A DNA stretch of 64,000 bases from an uncultured Rhodospirillaceae bacterium. Its GTDB lineage: Bacteria; Pseudomonadota; Alphaproteobacteria; UBA9219. Position 1 is the first letter of the stretch; each line of letters starts with the position of its first letter. The position numbers and the translations under genes are program-made. The notes beneath the pieces are model-generated. The model was not told where the DNA came from, did not search any database, and saw nothing but the letters and a program-made list of their open reading frames with translations. Where the stretch lies: the NCBI GenBank assembly GCA_964453225.1, contig CAYVNS010000009.1:6794-70793 (forward strand). The letters are read 5' to 3'. Shown one piece after another: positions 47,698 through 58,203 of this stretch.

Positions 47698-49048
47698 GGA
47701 TGCCTCGCTCCAAAAGCTTTCGGGGATCGTTCAGCCATAAAAGATTCTGTTGGACGAAGCCTAGCACATCGCCTTTCAAATTCACATTCAATTTAACGGG
47801 GCGGCCCTGCTGTACCCGAGGGTTATTGCCTTCGAGCCTCATCGTCAGCTCCAGCCCGCTTGCGCCGCTATCAAGACCGATGGACAGGGAGGTGTACCGA
47901 AAATCCTGCAGCACGGTGCGTACGAGCGCAAGTTGCTCATTCGTGCCGGAAATGACGTCGGGCGAGACCGTAATCGTGCCCGGTTCCCCGGCATAAAGCT
48001 TGCCGTTCGTAAAGGAGATCGTTCCATCCGGCGCGAGGGTGACGGGCAGCGTGCCGGAGATGGTTCCTGTGGCCGAGGCGCGCTTGCCCGTAAACTGCTG
48101 CATCAAGGCATCGGCGGAAACAGCGCTAATGTTGAGGTTGAGCGTTATCGGCACTTTGGCCCCAAGGGGAATGCGGGCGTTTTGCACCGCGACTTTGCCG
48201 CCGTGCCATGGGATGAAGCCGTTCTTGATAAGGAGGGCCGACTTTGCGGGCGAGGCAAGGTCATAGGTGAGGACGAACTCTGCCGCGTAGGCTTCGGCGG
48301 CATCGCGCACGCGCCCCGCGATGTCGGCCTTATCGGCGCGCAGCGCGACGGTTCCGGCGGCGTTCAGCTTCGGCAAAGCTTGCGGCGCGCCGGTGGTTTC
48401 GATGTCTTTGATTTCCCAATCGCCTTCCCAGCGGTTTTCCTTAAGCGCCGCGGAAAGCGTCGCGTCGCCGGTTCGGGCATTCACGCCGCCGCTTCTGAGG
48501 GCAAGGCCCGTTGCCGCGTAATCGAACTGCGGTGCCGGCTTTGCCTCAAAAGAGAGTGCGAGGGGCAGATCAAGCTGCCAGATAGCCGTTGCGATGCGCG
48601 CGCGGCTGTCTTTGAGGGCGAGGTTCGCAAAGGGAAGCGCGTTTAACGTGTCGGGGGCGACGGGCAGCGCGAAGGGCGTTTTGGCACCGGCGCGATCTTG
48701 CTGCAAGCCCGCGACTTGCCAAGCCTCGCCTTGTTTGCGGATATCGAGGGACAGGCCGCTGACTTCCGCGCTTTGCAGGCGCTTCGAAAGAAGATCGAGA
48801 GGGGAATAATGAAGCGTTATGTTTTTCAGAACAAGGGGCGGTTCGCCGCCCAAATTGACGTCTTGCAACGTGGCGGAGGTGAGGCTGACGTGCGCGAGGG
48901 TTAGTTCGGATTGCGCGAAACCCTGCGCCGCCAAAGCCGCTTTGATGCGGGCCTCGATCCATCCTTTTGGCGTTCCAAGGAGCCATGCCGCGCCCAAAAG
49001 GATAAGGACAGCAAGGAGAAGAAGACTGATTTTGCGCATGAAAAGCAT
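47684..49048 (-). CDS. ydbH: YdbH-like (AsmA-family) envelope protein, short form (454 aa)
   Basis: N-terminal TM anchor, then a repetitive beta-rich sequence. Position and overlap with ynbE match the ydbH-ynbE-ydbL operon. E. coli YdbH is roughly twice as long. Confidence 0.6.
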   Translation of the reverse strand: MLFMRKISLLLLAVLILLGAAWLLGTPKGWIEARIKAALAAQGFAQSELTLAHVSLTSATLQDVNLGGEPPLVLKNITLHYSPLDLLSKRLQSAEVSGLSLDIRKQGEAWQVAGLQQDRAGAKTPFALPVAPDTLNALPFANLALKDSRARIATAIWQLDLPLALSFEAKPAPQFDYAATGLALRSGGVNARTGDATLSAALKENRWEGDWEIKDIETTGAPQALPKLNAAGTVALRADKADIAGRVRDAAEAYAAEFVLTYDLASPAKSALLIKNGFIPWHGGKVAVQNARIPLGAKVPITLNLNISAVSADALMQQFTGKRASATGTISGTLPVTLAPDGTISFTNGKLYAGEPGTITVSPDVISGTNEQLALVRTVLQDFRYTSLSIGLDSGASGLELTMRLEGNNPRVQQGRPVKLNVNLKGDVLGFVQQNLLWLNDPRKLLERGIHANP

Positions 49049-49113
49049 GATGTCCTACGTCAACAGGCTTGATCAGAATTATGGTTTATATGTGGTCTCG
49101 CTCTTTTACCTTG

Positions 49114-49578
49114 TCACGGCAATTCGTTTAAAACGCGAATGGCGGCGTTCAAAACCCACGCGAAAGACAGCCAGGCCAAATAGGGCAGGAAAAGCACGGC
49201 GGAAAGCCTGTCGTTCTTGCGCACGCTGAAGATATACGCGGCGACGTTTGCGACCAAAAAGGTGATAACGATCAACGCCATGCCGACGGAATGCGTGCCG
49301 AAGAAAACGGGGGTCCACAAAAAATTCAACAAAAGCTGGGTCCACCAGAGAGACATGGAAACACCTTTCTTATCGCGGATCCATGTGCGGTAGCCTGTAA
49401 AAGCGATCACGATGTAAAGAAGGGTCCAGACCGGGGCGAAGACCCAGTTTGGCGGATTAAAAGGCGGCTTGACGAGAGCGTCGTACCAAGGACCGGGCTT
49501 GATAAGCGCGCCTATTAAAAGGCCGCCGCCAAGGACGAGGGTGAGGAAAAGGTTAAATATTTTCGTTCGGCTTGCCAT
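49114..49578 (-). CDS. tspO: Tryptophan-rich sensory protein TspO/MBR
   Basis: WYDALVKPPFNPPNWVFAPVWTLLYIVIAFTGYRTW with 5 TM helices. Start taken at MASRTKIF; the longer ORF call extends upstream. Confidence 0.8.
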   Translation of the reverse strand: MASRTKIFNLFLTLVLGGGLLIGALIKPGPWYDALVKPPFNPPNWVFAPVWTLLYIVIAFTGYRTWIRDKKGVSMSLWWTQLLLNFLWTPVFFGTHSVGMALIVITFLVANVAAYIFSVRKNDRLSAVLFLPYLAWLSFAWVLNAAIRVLNELP

Positions 49579-49661
49579 GCCGCTAAAAATACCCCAGTTG
49601 ATCGATGAAGAGAAGGGGCTTTCGCGGGTGTGCGCGGCGCCATAAAATGGCGGAGAAAAGA

Positions 49662-50708
49662 TTAAAATTCCTGTAGGGACAGCTCGTGAATCGCGCGGGC
49701 GGGGGAGCGCGGTTTCGTAATAAGGCGGTATTCTTTTGCCGGCATATTCATAAGCAAGGTCCAAACGGTTTCGATTTCAGGCGCTGCGATACAGCTGGAA
49801 AGCGGCGAGTCTTTGCGCGTCATCATACGATCGAGCGCCTCGAATTGAACGGGGTTTGCTTTGGCCCCGTGCATCTCGTCCATCAGGCGCGCATAGCGGG
49901 GAAAAGATTTTACGGCACCGTTTGGATCGGCGGCGTGTATTTCGTCGGCCTTCTCAAGGCTGCCGACATAATGGTTCGTAAGCCCCAGAAGCCCTTCGGT
50001 ATCGGGATAGCGCACTTCGAAGGAAGTGACGGCATGATGAATGACCGCCGCGTTGCCTTTCGCGTCCGCGATGAAGAAGTTTTTGGCGGAGGAGAGGTTC
50101 GCTTTTTCGAAAAAACGCAAGGCTTCGGCAACTGTTTTGCATCGCTGTGCGGCGAGACGGACGGCGTCGAAACTCGTGAGGCCGATGCCTTCGTTCCAGC
50201 AAAACGCAAAGGTGACGCCGATGAAAAGCCCGTCGCTGTTGAGCGCGTCTTCGTAAAGGAAAAGCTGCTTGCTTTTATCGAGGCCGTCCTCGCCTAAAAT
50301 CCCCATGTCGGAGAGGGCCAGGACATGGCGCTCTTTGCCTTTGAAAGTCCATGCTTGCATAACGCGCGCGACGGCCGGGTGCCAGTCGTAGTTGCGCGCG
50401 ACCCAAAGATCGCCCGCGAGGTCTTTAAAGCCGCCGATGGAACAGCCTTTGTGGCCGTGGGCGCGCAGATAGAGAATTTCGCTTATGAGATAGGCGTGGG
50501 CCACCGATTCGAAGCTGGCCCCACTGCCGTCGGCGATGCCTTTGACTTCGTCGAGCACTTCGGGTGCGAAGGATTCATAATAGGCCAACTGCTTTGACAG
50601 GAGATCGCGTTGCGCCGGCGCGGGAAAGTCTACGCGGCAGGCTCTATAGTAAGCGCCGATTTGGGTGCCAATTTCAAAAGGACTGCCGGAGAAGGTGCGC
50701 GTTTCCAT
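49662..50708 (-). CDS. Peptidase C45 / acyl-CoA:6-aminopenicillanic-acid acyltransferase-like Ntn hydrolase
   Basis: About 348 aa with a candidate N-terminal-nucleophile Cys in AHGHKGCSIGGF and the family-typical ...WVARNYDWHP.... The call is tentative. Confidence 0.55.
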   Translation of the reverse strand: METRTFSGSPFEIGTQIGAYYRACRVDFPAPAQRDLLSKQLAYYESFAPEVLDEVKGIADGSGASFESVAHAYLISEILYLRAHGHKGCSIGGFKDLAGDLWVARNYDWHPAVARVMQAWTFKGKERHVLALSDMGILGEDGLDKSKQLFLYEDALNSDGLFIGVTFAFCWNEGIGLTSFDAVRLAAQRCKTVAEALRFFEKANLSSAKNFFIADAKGNAAVIHHAVTSFEVRYPDTEGLLGLTNHYVGSLEKADEIHAADPNGAVKSFPRYARLMDEMHGAKANPVQFEALDRMMTRKDSPLSSCIAAPEIETVWTLLMNMPAKEYRLITKPRSPARAIHELSLQEF

Positions 50709-50833
50709 GGTTGTCTCTGGATGTGAAGGAACCCAAAGGGGATGCCCACCCCCGCCTGCCCCCGTGCCGCGACAAAGGGGCGGGGTCACGATTGTGCAAA
50801 AGGTTTCTCAAAAATCCATTAAGAAAAAAGCCA

Positions 50834-51904
50834 TTAGCTCTGAGGACGCAAAAGTTCTCTGTATTTCCGGATATACTGGGGGGGACGGCCAAAAACGTCG
50901 CGGATGAAAACGTTCTCGTTCACCGGCGGGACAGGACCGTGGCCTGTTAGCTGACGATTGATCCATGTGTCGTAGTTTAAAACGAAAGGATCGCCTTCCG
51001 TGCCCGCGCCCTTGTTGAGCGGAGCGCGGATGCGGATATCGAACAGGAAGCCGTTTTCGGTTCTTTCGTTGGCGTCGTACGTGAAGCCGCTTGGTGTCTG
51101 GGCCGGATGCCTTTTGTCGACGATGACAAACATTTTGTTTTGATGCTCTGACCGCAGTTGCGGCGCAACGAGCCGCGAGGGGATTTCCGTAACGTCTTCA
51201 GGCATGGGGTTGGCATAAAGCGGCTCGTTCTTGTAATCGGCGCGAAGAAAAGTTTGCGCCGGAGAAACGATATAGCCGTTGGTCGCGACGGAAGGATACG
51301 CATGGATAAAATAGCCGATGCCTTCAAGCAGCATTGTTTTGCTTGTGGCATATTCCATCATGTTCGGCTGGCCTTGCCGGCCGACGACGGCGGTGCTTGT
51401 GACAACAGCTCTTCCTTCGCCTGAATCTTGCAGGCGGGGATAGAGGATTTGAGCCAGCTCCAAATGCCGGAGCGCATTGACGTTAATGACGGCGTTTAAT
51501 TCTTCGACAGGCGTTGTTGTGGGGCCGGTGGAGCGGTTCCATGGGCCCTTTTTTTGTATGGCGGCATTCATGACGTAACCGACGACCGGGGGAGACTGGT
51601 CGCAGACTTCGGCCAGAGCGGCTTTAAACCTTGATGAAAACGGTTTTCTGAAATCGCACGCGAGCGGGGCCACGTTTTCGGATCCGAGCTTTTTCCGGAG
51701 TTTGGAGAGTTCGTCTCTTTGAATGTCGATGGCGATGACATGGCCGCCGAAAGAGACGATGGCTTCGGTCAGGCATCTTCCGATGCCGACGCCTGCGCCC
51801 GTGACGACGTAGGTGCGATCTTCAAAGCCCTCAAGGGAAGGCGCGATGGATGTGAGGCCGATTTCCCGACTTAGGCGGATGCGCTCGTCGATGCTGTCTA
51901 TCAT
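50834..51904 (-). CDS. Short-chain dehydrogenase/reductase (SDR) fused to a C-terminal ~150-aa domain of unknown function
   Basis: TGAGVGIGR Rossmann motif and catalytic YATSK. The C-terminal region FLRADYKNEPLY...FVLNYDTWINRQL has no assigned family. Confidence 0.7.
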   Translation of the reverse strand: MIDSIDERIRLSREIGLTSIAPSLEGFEDRTYVVTGAGVGIGRCLTEAIVSFGGHVIAIDIQRDELSKLRKKLGSENVAPLACDFRKPFSSRFKAALAEVCDQSPPVVGYVMNAAIQKKGPWNRSTGPTTTPVEELNAVINVNALRHLELAQILYPRLQDSGEGRAVVTSTAVVGRQGQPNMMEYATSKTMLLEGIGYFIHAYPSVATNGYIVSPAQTFLRADYKNEPLYANPMPEDVTEIPSRLVAPQLRSEHQNKMFVIVDKRHPAQTPSGFTYDANERTENGFLFDIRIRAPLNKGAGTEGDPFVLNYDTWINRQLTGHGPVPPVNENVFIRDVFGRPPQYIRKYRELLRPQS

Positions 51905-52073
51905 TTTTTAATCCTGAAAAGTTTTTAAGGAACATTCAAAAAATAGTCCCTCACGGCGGAAAACGCAAAAAATTTCCTCGCGCAGCATTAACCATGATAG
52001 CGCCTTAGAGCCAAATACGGTTGGTTGAATCATTCTTAAAATCGAATGTGAAAATTCCTTAGGGATAACAAAA

Positions 52074-52140
52074 GGGATGCCCGCCTTCCTCCTATGCCGA
52101 GGGCTTCGAAGGACAAGTCGCGGGCATGACGATGTTCTAG
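52074..52140. repeat. REP-like element, family 3, copy with loop insertion
   Basis: gggatgcccgccttc-[ctcctatgccgagggcttcgaaggacaagtc]-gcgggcatgacgatgttctag. Confidence 0.6.
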
Positions 52141-52228
52141 CCGAACCGGAAGTGCTCTGAAACGCTGTCTTGACATGCTTTAGAGCGAGATATTCAACGG
52201 TTCTGATTCAATGTCAGAAAAGCCCGCT

Positions 52229-53890
52229 CTAACTTATGTTTTGCAAGCCGCGGTTGATCGAGCTTAGGAGGGCTTTGAGGGAGGCGACGGCGAAGTTCGT
52301 GTCCATGCCGACGCCGAAGGACGAGGCCCATTTGCCGTTTGCCGTTTCGATGTAGGCAATGGCTTGGGAGGTCGACCCTACCGTAGCTGCGTGCTCGCTG
52401 TACGAGAGGATATCGAGGGGCTCGCTTAAGTAAGAGGACAAGGCCTTGGTTAGCGCGTCGAGGAGTCCGTTGCCTTCTCCCTGAATGGACAGGGGGAGAC
52501 CTTTTTCCGTTAACGAAAAAGCGACGCGGCAATCGTTGCCTTTGGTCTCTTCCTTATAATCGACAAAGGCGAGCGGGTCTTCGCGCCGCATGTATTCGGC
52601 GAGGAAAGAGTCGAGGATAGTTTGCGAGCTTAAGGCGTGTCCGGACTCGTCGGCTACTTTTTGGATGCGGCGGCTGAATGCCGCTTGCAGCTTTTTTGGC
52701 AGATGGAAGCCGTGGTCTTCCTCAAGCACGAAAGCGATGCCGCCCTTGCCGGACTGGCTGTTGATGCGGATGATCGGCTCGTACGCGCGGCCCACATCGG
52801 CGGAGTCGATAGGCAGATAGGGAACGTCCCAAAGATCTTGCGGTTTACGGGCGCGCAGGCCTTTGCGGATCGCATCCTGATGCGAGCCTGAAAAAGCCGT
52901 AAAAACCAGTTCGCCGGCATAGGGATGGCGCGGGTGGACGGGGATTTGCGTACAATGCTCCGCCACTTTCACGAACTCGTTTATATGCGAGAAGTCCAGC
53001 TGCGGCGCGACGCCTTGCGTATAGAGATTGAGGGCGAGGGTCACGAGGTCGACGTTGCCTGTGCGCTCGCCGTTGCCGAACAATGTCCCCTCCACGCGGT
53101 CGGCACCCGCGAGCAGCGCCAGTTCGGCCGCGGCGACGGCCGTGCCTCGGTCGTTATGGGGGTGGACGCTGATAATCACGTTTTCGCGGTTTCGCACATG
53201 CCCGCAAAAATATTCGATTTGGTCGGCGTAGACATTGGGCGTCGCCACCTCGACCGTCGCCGGAAGATTGACGATGGCTTTATGCGCCGCCGTAGGCCGC
53301 CAGACGTCCATGACGGCGTCGGTGATGCGCAAGGCGAAATCGAGCTCGGTCGCCGTAAAGCTTTCCGGCGAGTATTCGAACGTCCATTGTGTTCGGGGAA
53401 AGCGGGCCGCGCATTTCTTGATAAACGAAGCCCCTTCCACGGCAAGGGCGACGATGTCATCCGGCTCTTTTTGGAAAACGACGCGGCGCTGGACGGGCGA
53501 GGTCGAATTGTACAAATGAACGATGACGCTCGGCGCATCGCGCACCGCGTCGAACGTCTTTTCGATGAGTTCCTTGCGCGCCGGGACAAGGACTTGAAGG
53601 ACGATGCCCTCGGCCTTCTTGCTTTCGATCAGCGCGCGCGTAAAGTCGAAATCCGTTTGCGAGGCCGACGGGAAGCCGACTTCTATTTCCCTGAAACCGC
53701 AGCGGACGAGCAGATCGAAAAAACGCATCTTGCGCTCGGCATCCATGGGATCGACCAGCGCCTGATTGCCGTCGCGCAAATCCACGGAACACCAAAGCGG
53801 CGCTTTGGTTATCGTGCGCGACGGCCATTGACGCCCGGGGAGGTCGATGGGGGGAAAGGGGCGGTATTTTTGCGACGGGTCTTTCAGCAT
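52229..53890 (-). CDS. leuA: 2-isopropylmalate synthase (long LeuA form with a C-terminal regulatory domain)
   Basis: ...[11 protein letters not shown]... HMG-CoA-lyase-like TIM barrel signature and ...[11 protein letters not shown]...; 553 aa. Confidence 0.9.
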   Translation of the reverse strand: MLKDPSQKYRPFPPIDLPGRQWPSRTITKAPLWCSVDLRDGNQALVDPMDAERKMRFFDLLVRCGFREIEVGFPSASQTDFDFTRALIESKKAEGIVLQVLVPARKELIEKTFDAVRDAPSVIVHLYNSTSPVQRRVVFQKEPDDIVALAVEGASFIKKCAARFPRTQWTFEYSPESFTATELDFALRITDAVMDVWRPTAAHKAIVNLPATVEVATPNVYADQIEYFCGHVRNRENVIISVHPHNDRGTAVAAAELALLAGADRVEGTLFGNGERTGNVDLVTLALNLYTQGVAPQLDFSHINEFVKVAEHCTQIPVHPRHPYAGELVFTAFSGSHQDAIRKGLRARKPQDLWDVPYLPIDSADVGRAYEPIIRINSQSGKGGIAFVLEEDHGFHLPKKLQAAFSRRIQKVADESGHALSSQTILDSFLAEYMRREDPLAFVDYKEETKGNDCRVAFSLTEKGLPLSIQGEGNGLLDALTKALSSYLSEPLDILSYSEHAATVGSTSQAIAYIETANGKWASSFGVGMDTNFAVASLKALLSSINRGLQNIS

Positions 53891-54963
53891 TTTTCGATTT
53901 CCTTTTTCAAGCGCGCGGCGACGATGTCGCCCATGTCCTCGGTGCCCACCTTCTGCGAATCGGGCGTTGCGATGTCGGCGGTGCGAAAGCCATCCGAAAG
54001 CGCAGCCGATACGGCCTGGCGGATTTTGCGGGCGAGGCCGGGCTCGCCAAGCGACAGCTCCAGCATCATGGCGACGCTGAGGATCGTGCCGAGGGGATTG
54101 GCGATGTTTTTGCCCGCGATATCCGGCGCGCTGCCGTGAATCGGCTCGTACAGCGCGTTTTTTATGCCGATCGAGGCCGAGGGCATGAGGCCAAGGGAGC
54201 CGGACAAAACGGCGGCTTCATCGGAAAGGATATCGCCGAACATATTGGGCGTCAGCAGGACATCGAAGTCGGACGCGCGGCGGATAAGCTGCATGGCCGC
54301 GTTATCGACGTACATATGTTCGAGCGCCACGCCGGGATAGTCTTTGTGGATCTCGCTTACGACCTGGCGCCAGAGGCTCATGGTCTCCAGCACATTCGCC
54401 TTATCGACAGAGCATAGTTTCTTGCGGCGCTTTTGCGCCAGACTGAAGGCGCAATGCGCGATGCGGGCGATCTCGCTTTCATGATAGCGCATCGTATTGA
54501 CGCCCTCGCGTTCGCCTTTCTTGCCGGTTATGCCCCTTGGCGTTCCGAAATAAAGATCGCCCGTAAGCTCGCGCACCACGACCAGCGAGACGTTTTTCAC
54601 ATATGCCGGTTTCAAAGGGGACAGGCTTTCGAGCTGGGGCCAGAGATCAAGCGGGCGCATATTGGCGTAGAGGCCGAGGGCTTTGCGAATGCCGAGAATA
54701 CCCATCTCGGCGCGTTCGGGCATCGGCAGATGATCCCATTTGGGGCCGCCGACAGCCCCCAGCAGGACAGCGTCGGATGCAAGCGCCTTTTCCTGCGTGT
54801 CGTTTGGGAAGGGGGAGCCTGCGCCGTCAATGCCGGCGCCGCCGATGAGGGCATACTCGTAGGTGAGGGAAAGGACGCCGCTTATTGCGTCCAGAACCTT
54901 GACGGCTTGCGCCACGATTTCGGGGCCGATGCCGTCGCCGGGGAGAAGGAGAATGTTAGCCAT
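53884..54963 (-). CDS. leuB: 3-isopropylmalate dehydrogenase
   Basis: [16 protein letters not shown]... with the NLFGDILSD signature. Confidence 0.95.
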   Translation of the reverse strand: MANILLLPGDGIGPEIVAQAVKVLDAISGVLSLTYEYALIGGAGIDGAGSPFPNDTQEKALASDAVLLGAVGGPKWDHLPMPERAEMGILGIRKALGLYANMRPLDLWPQLESLSPLKPAYVKNVSLVVVRELTGDLYFGTPRGITGKKGEREGVNTMRYHESEIARIAHCAFSLAQKRRKKLCSVDKANVLETMSLWRQVVSEIHKDYPGVALEHMYVDNAAMQLIRRASDFDVLLTPNMFGDILSDEAAVLSGSLGLMPSASIGIKNALYEPIHGSAPDIAGKNIANPLGTILSVAMMLELSLGEPGLARKIRQAVSAALSDGFRTADIATPDSQKVGTEDMGDIVAARLKKEIEKC

Positions 54964-55555
54964 GTGTGCCTGCCAGAAGCCAGGGTTGACGGGAAAAATG
55001 CTTTTGCTCAAAAGCGGTGATTTTGTCTTTCAGACGGAGGATTTTTTCGATTTCGTCCAGCCCCTGCAAAAGCGTTTCCTTGTACGCGGGCTGGATCTCG
55101 AAGGGGAAGACATGCGCGCCTTGCGCGACCGTTTGATGAGGCAAATCCACGGTTAAGGGGGCATCGTTTTGGCGCAAGGTGTCGATGTCGCGCGCGTTCA
55201 GGCGCACCGGAAGCAGGCCGTTTTTGAACGCGTTGTTATAAAAGATATCGGCGAAGCTTGAGGCGATGATGACGCGGATCCCGAAATCCAGCAGGGCCCA
55301 AGGCGCATGCTCGCGGCTGGAACCGCAGCCGAAATTTGCGCCGGCCAAAAGGATTTGGGCGCCGGGATATTTATTGAGCGGAAAGTCGGCTTTGGGAAGG
55401 CCGTTGTCGCCATAACGCAATTCGGCAAACAGATGCTTGCCAAGCCCGGAGCGCTTGACGGTTTTCAGATACTGCTTTGGGATCAGCATATCCGTATCGA
55501 TATTGTCGATCGGAAGATAGGCGGCGGTTGACGTAATAACGCTGAACGGCTTCAT
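54956..55555 (-). CDS. leuD: 3-isopropylmalate dehydratase small subunit
   Basis: ...[21 protein letters not shown].... Confidence 0.9.
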   Translation of the reverse strand: MKPFSVITSTAAYLPIDNIDTDMLIPKQYLKTVKRSGLGKHLFAELRYGDNGLPKADFPLNKYPGAQILLAGANFGCGSSREHAPWALLDFGIRVIIASSFADIFYNNAFKNGLLPVRLNARDIDTLRQNDAPLTVDLPHQTVAQGAHVFPFEIQPAYKETLLQGLDEIEKILRLKDKITAFEQKHFSRQPWLLAGTHG

Positions 55556-56967
55556 GGGTTTTCCCTTTTCAAAAAGTCCCGGACATCGGTGAGGCGGCCT
55601 TCAACCGCCGCCGCCGCCGCCATGGCGGGCGACATAAGATGCGTGCGCCCTCCGCGCCCCTGCCGGCCCTCAAAGTTGCGGTTGGAGGTCGCGGCGCAGC
55701 GCTCGCCCGGCTTTAGGCGATCCGGGTTCATGGCAAGGCACATCGAACAACCGGGTTCGCGCCATTCAAAGCCGGCGTTTTTAAAAACAAGGTCCAGCCC
55801 TTCGCGTTCCGCCGCTTCCTTGACAGGGCCGGAGCCGGGAACGACGATGGCCTTGACCGAAGCGGCGACGTTGCGGCCTTTCAGGATTTGCGCGGCCTCG
55901 CGAAGATCTTCGAGGCGCGCGTTCGTGCATGAACCGATAAAGACGCGGTCGATGGGGATGCCTTTCAACGGCGCGCCCGGCTCAAGGCCCATATAAGCCA
56001 GCGCCCGGCAAAGGGATTGGCTTTCGGTGCTTTCGCTATTGAGATCCGGTTGGGGTACATGGCCGGTAATGGGCGCGCCCATCCCCGGGTTTGTGCCCCA
56101 CGTGACGAACGGCTCGACCGAGGAAGCGTCGATCGTCACGTCCTTATCGAAACGCGCGTTCGGATCCGAGCGGAGCGTTTTCCAGTAAGCGATGGCTTCC
56201 GGTTCTTGCGCTTTGGAAGGCGCAAACGGAAGGCCGCGAAGGTAGGCGAACGTTTTCTGATCCGGCGCGATAAGGCCGGCGCGGGCCCCCGCTTCGATGG
56301 ACATATTGCACAGCGTCATGCGGCCTTCCATCGAGAGGCCTTCAACGGCCTCGCCTGTATATTCGATGACGCAGCCCGTGCCGCCAGCGATGCCGATTTT
56401 GGCGATGAGCGCAAGGATTAAATCTTTCGCCGTGACGCCGGGCCGCAAAGCCCCCTTTACCGTGATGCGCATGTTGAGGGATTTTTGCGCGATAAGCGTT
56501 TGCGTGGCGAAAACGTGCTCGATCTCGCTTGTGCCGATGCCAAAAGCGAGGGCGCCGAAAGCCCCGTGCGTCGATGTGTGGCTGTCGCCGCAGACAAGCG
56601 TCGTTCCCGGCAACGTGAAGCCTTGTTCGGGGCCGACGACATGCACGATTCCCTGTCTTTTATCGTGGGGGCCAAAGCACGAAAGCCCCTGAAGGCGGCA
56701 GTTTTCCTCCAGCGTTTCGATTTGGAGGCGCGCGTCGGGGTCGGCGATCGGCAAGGCGCGGCTTGTCGTCGGGATGTTGTGATCCGTCGTCGCGAGGATG
56801 CTGCCTTTGCGCGCCAAGGGGCGGTTTGCGACGCGCAGGCCCTCGAAAGCCTGGGGACTGGTGACTTCATGAACAAGATGGCGGTCGATATACAGAAGGA
56901 CGGAGCCGTCGCCGAAATCGTGCACCACGTGATGCGCCCAGATTTTATCGTAAAGCGTTTCAGGCAT
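55552..56967 (-). CDS. leuC: 3-isopropylmalate dehydratase large subunit
   Basis: Aconitase-family motifs; the three Fe-S ligand Cys residues lie in ...[11 protein letters not shown]... and ...[13 protein letters not shown].... Confidence 0.95.
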   Translation of the reverse strand: MPETLYDKIWAHHVVHDFGDGSVLLYIDRHLVHEVTSPQAFEGLRVANRPLARKGSILATTDHNIPTTSRALPIADPDARLQIETLEENCRLQGLSCFGPHDKRQGIVHVVGPEQGFTLPGTTLVCGDSHTSTHGAFGALAFGIGTSEIEHVFATQTLIAQKSLNMRITVKGALRPGVTAKDLILALIAKIGIAGGTGCVIEYTGEAVEGLSMEGRMTLCNMSIEAGARAGLIAPDQKTFAYLRGLPFAPSKAQEPEAIAYWKTLRSDPNARFDKDVTIDASSVEPFVTWGTNPGMGAPITGHVPQPDLNSESTESQSLCRALAYMGLEPGAPLKGIPIDRVFIGSCTNARLEDLREAAQILKGRNVAASVKAIVVPGSGPVKEAAEREGLDLVFKNAGFEWREPGCSMCLAMNPDRLKPGERCAATSNRNFEGRQGRGGRTHLMSPAMAAAAAVEGRLTDVRDFLKRENP

Positions 56968-57817
56968 GTCCCCTCCTTGTCGCGTCTTTGTACAAAGACG
57001 CGATATGATGCGTTACCGGCCCTTCGCCGAATTTTTTTGCGCCGATTTTGCCGACCGCCTGAATTTCCGCGGCCGATCCTGTGACAAAGACTTCATCGGC
57101 GTTTAAAAGATCATCCGGCAGCGCGTGGGTTTCGCGGCAGGGGATGTCGTTCGCGGCCGCAAGGGCGATGACGGTTTGACGCGTGATGCCGTTCAGGAAG
57201 CAATCGGCAATCGGCGTGAAAAGCGTGCCGCCCTTGACGTAAAAGATGTTCGAGCTCGTGCATTCGGCGACATAGCCCCGGTAATCCAGCATGATGGCGT
57301 CGTTAAACCCGTCGCGGTGCGCCTTGTTCAAGCTGACCATGCCCGTGATGTATTGGCCGTTCGCCTTGGCGTGCACGAGCGACATAGTCGGCGCGGGGCG
57401 AACCCATTCGGACCATGTGAGGGAAATGGAGGCGTTCGCGTAATAGGTGTCCCATTTCCAGGCGGCAATCGCGACACGGACTTTGTTCGGGTTCGTGGAA
57501 ACGCCCAAAGCTTCCGCGCCATGCCACGCGATGGGCCGGACGTAGGCGTCTTTGAGGCCGTTTTCCCGAAGGACGGTAACGGCGGCCGTATCGAGCTGGG
57601 CGGGGCTGTAAGGTATTTTAAAACCCATCATGCGGGCCGACGCATGGAGCCGCTCGTGATGGCGGGTCATTTCGAAAATGCGGCCCTCATAAGCGCGCGC
57701 GCCTTCGAAAACGCCGCTTCCGTAGTGAAGGGTATGGGTTAGAACGTGGATTTTAGCTTTGTCCCAGTCAATCAGCTCGCCATCCATCCAGATGATGCCT
57801 TCTTGCTTTTCCAACAT
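56960..57817 (-). CDS. ilvE: Branched-chain amino acid aminotransferase
   Basis: Fold type IV PLP enzyme pattern ...[16 protein letters not shown]..., with the catalytic Lys context. Overlaps the leuC start. Confidence 0.85.
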   Translation of the reverse strand: MLEKQEGIIWMDGELIDWDKAKIHVLTHTLHYGSGVFEGARAYEGRIFEMTRHHERLHASARMMGFKIPYSPAQLDTAAVTVLRENGLKDAYVRPIAWHGAEALGVSTNPNKVRVAIAAWKWDTYYANASISLTWSEWVRPAPTMSLVHAKANGQYITGMVSLNKAHRDGFNDAIMLDYRGYVAECTSSNIFYVKGGTLFTPIADCFLNGITRQTVIALAAANDIPCRETHALPDDLLNADEVFVTGSAAEIQAVGKIGAKKFGEGPVTHHIASLYKDATRRGHA

Positions 57818-58203
57818 GCGGGGCTTCCTTCTCTTTGCCTTCGGAGCAGCGGCGCGGAAAAGCGGCAACGGCGCTTTTCATGCGGCCCTATCCGTTTGCG
57901 GGATTCAAAAAGTCAAATTGTGTTTTGAGAGAAGGGGTGTGTGCGCGCTAGGGGCGCGCAAGGATAAGCGCAAGACCGAGAAGGTTGCGAAGAGAAGCGT
58001 CGACAGCGATGTGAACGCATTTAGACATGCCTTTATTCTAGGCGAAAGCTTTCCCGAAAGTCAATCGGAGAAATGCTTTTCGCCGAAACGAGCTGTTTTT
58101 GGAAAACGGTAGAAGCGCTAAGAAAGAGGAAGAATCAACGGATGTGTGGACAGGGATCGGTTTTTATTTCAGAAAGGAAAGCAAGCAAACAAAAAGGATT
58201 TCC

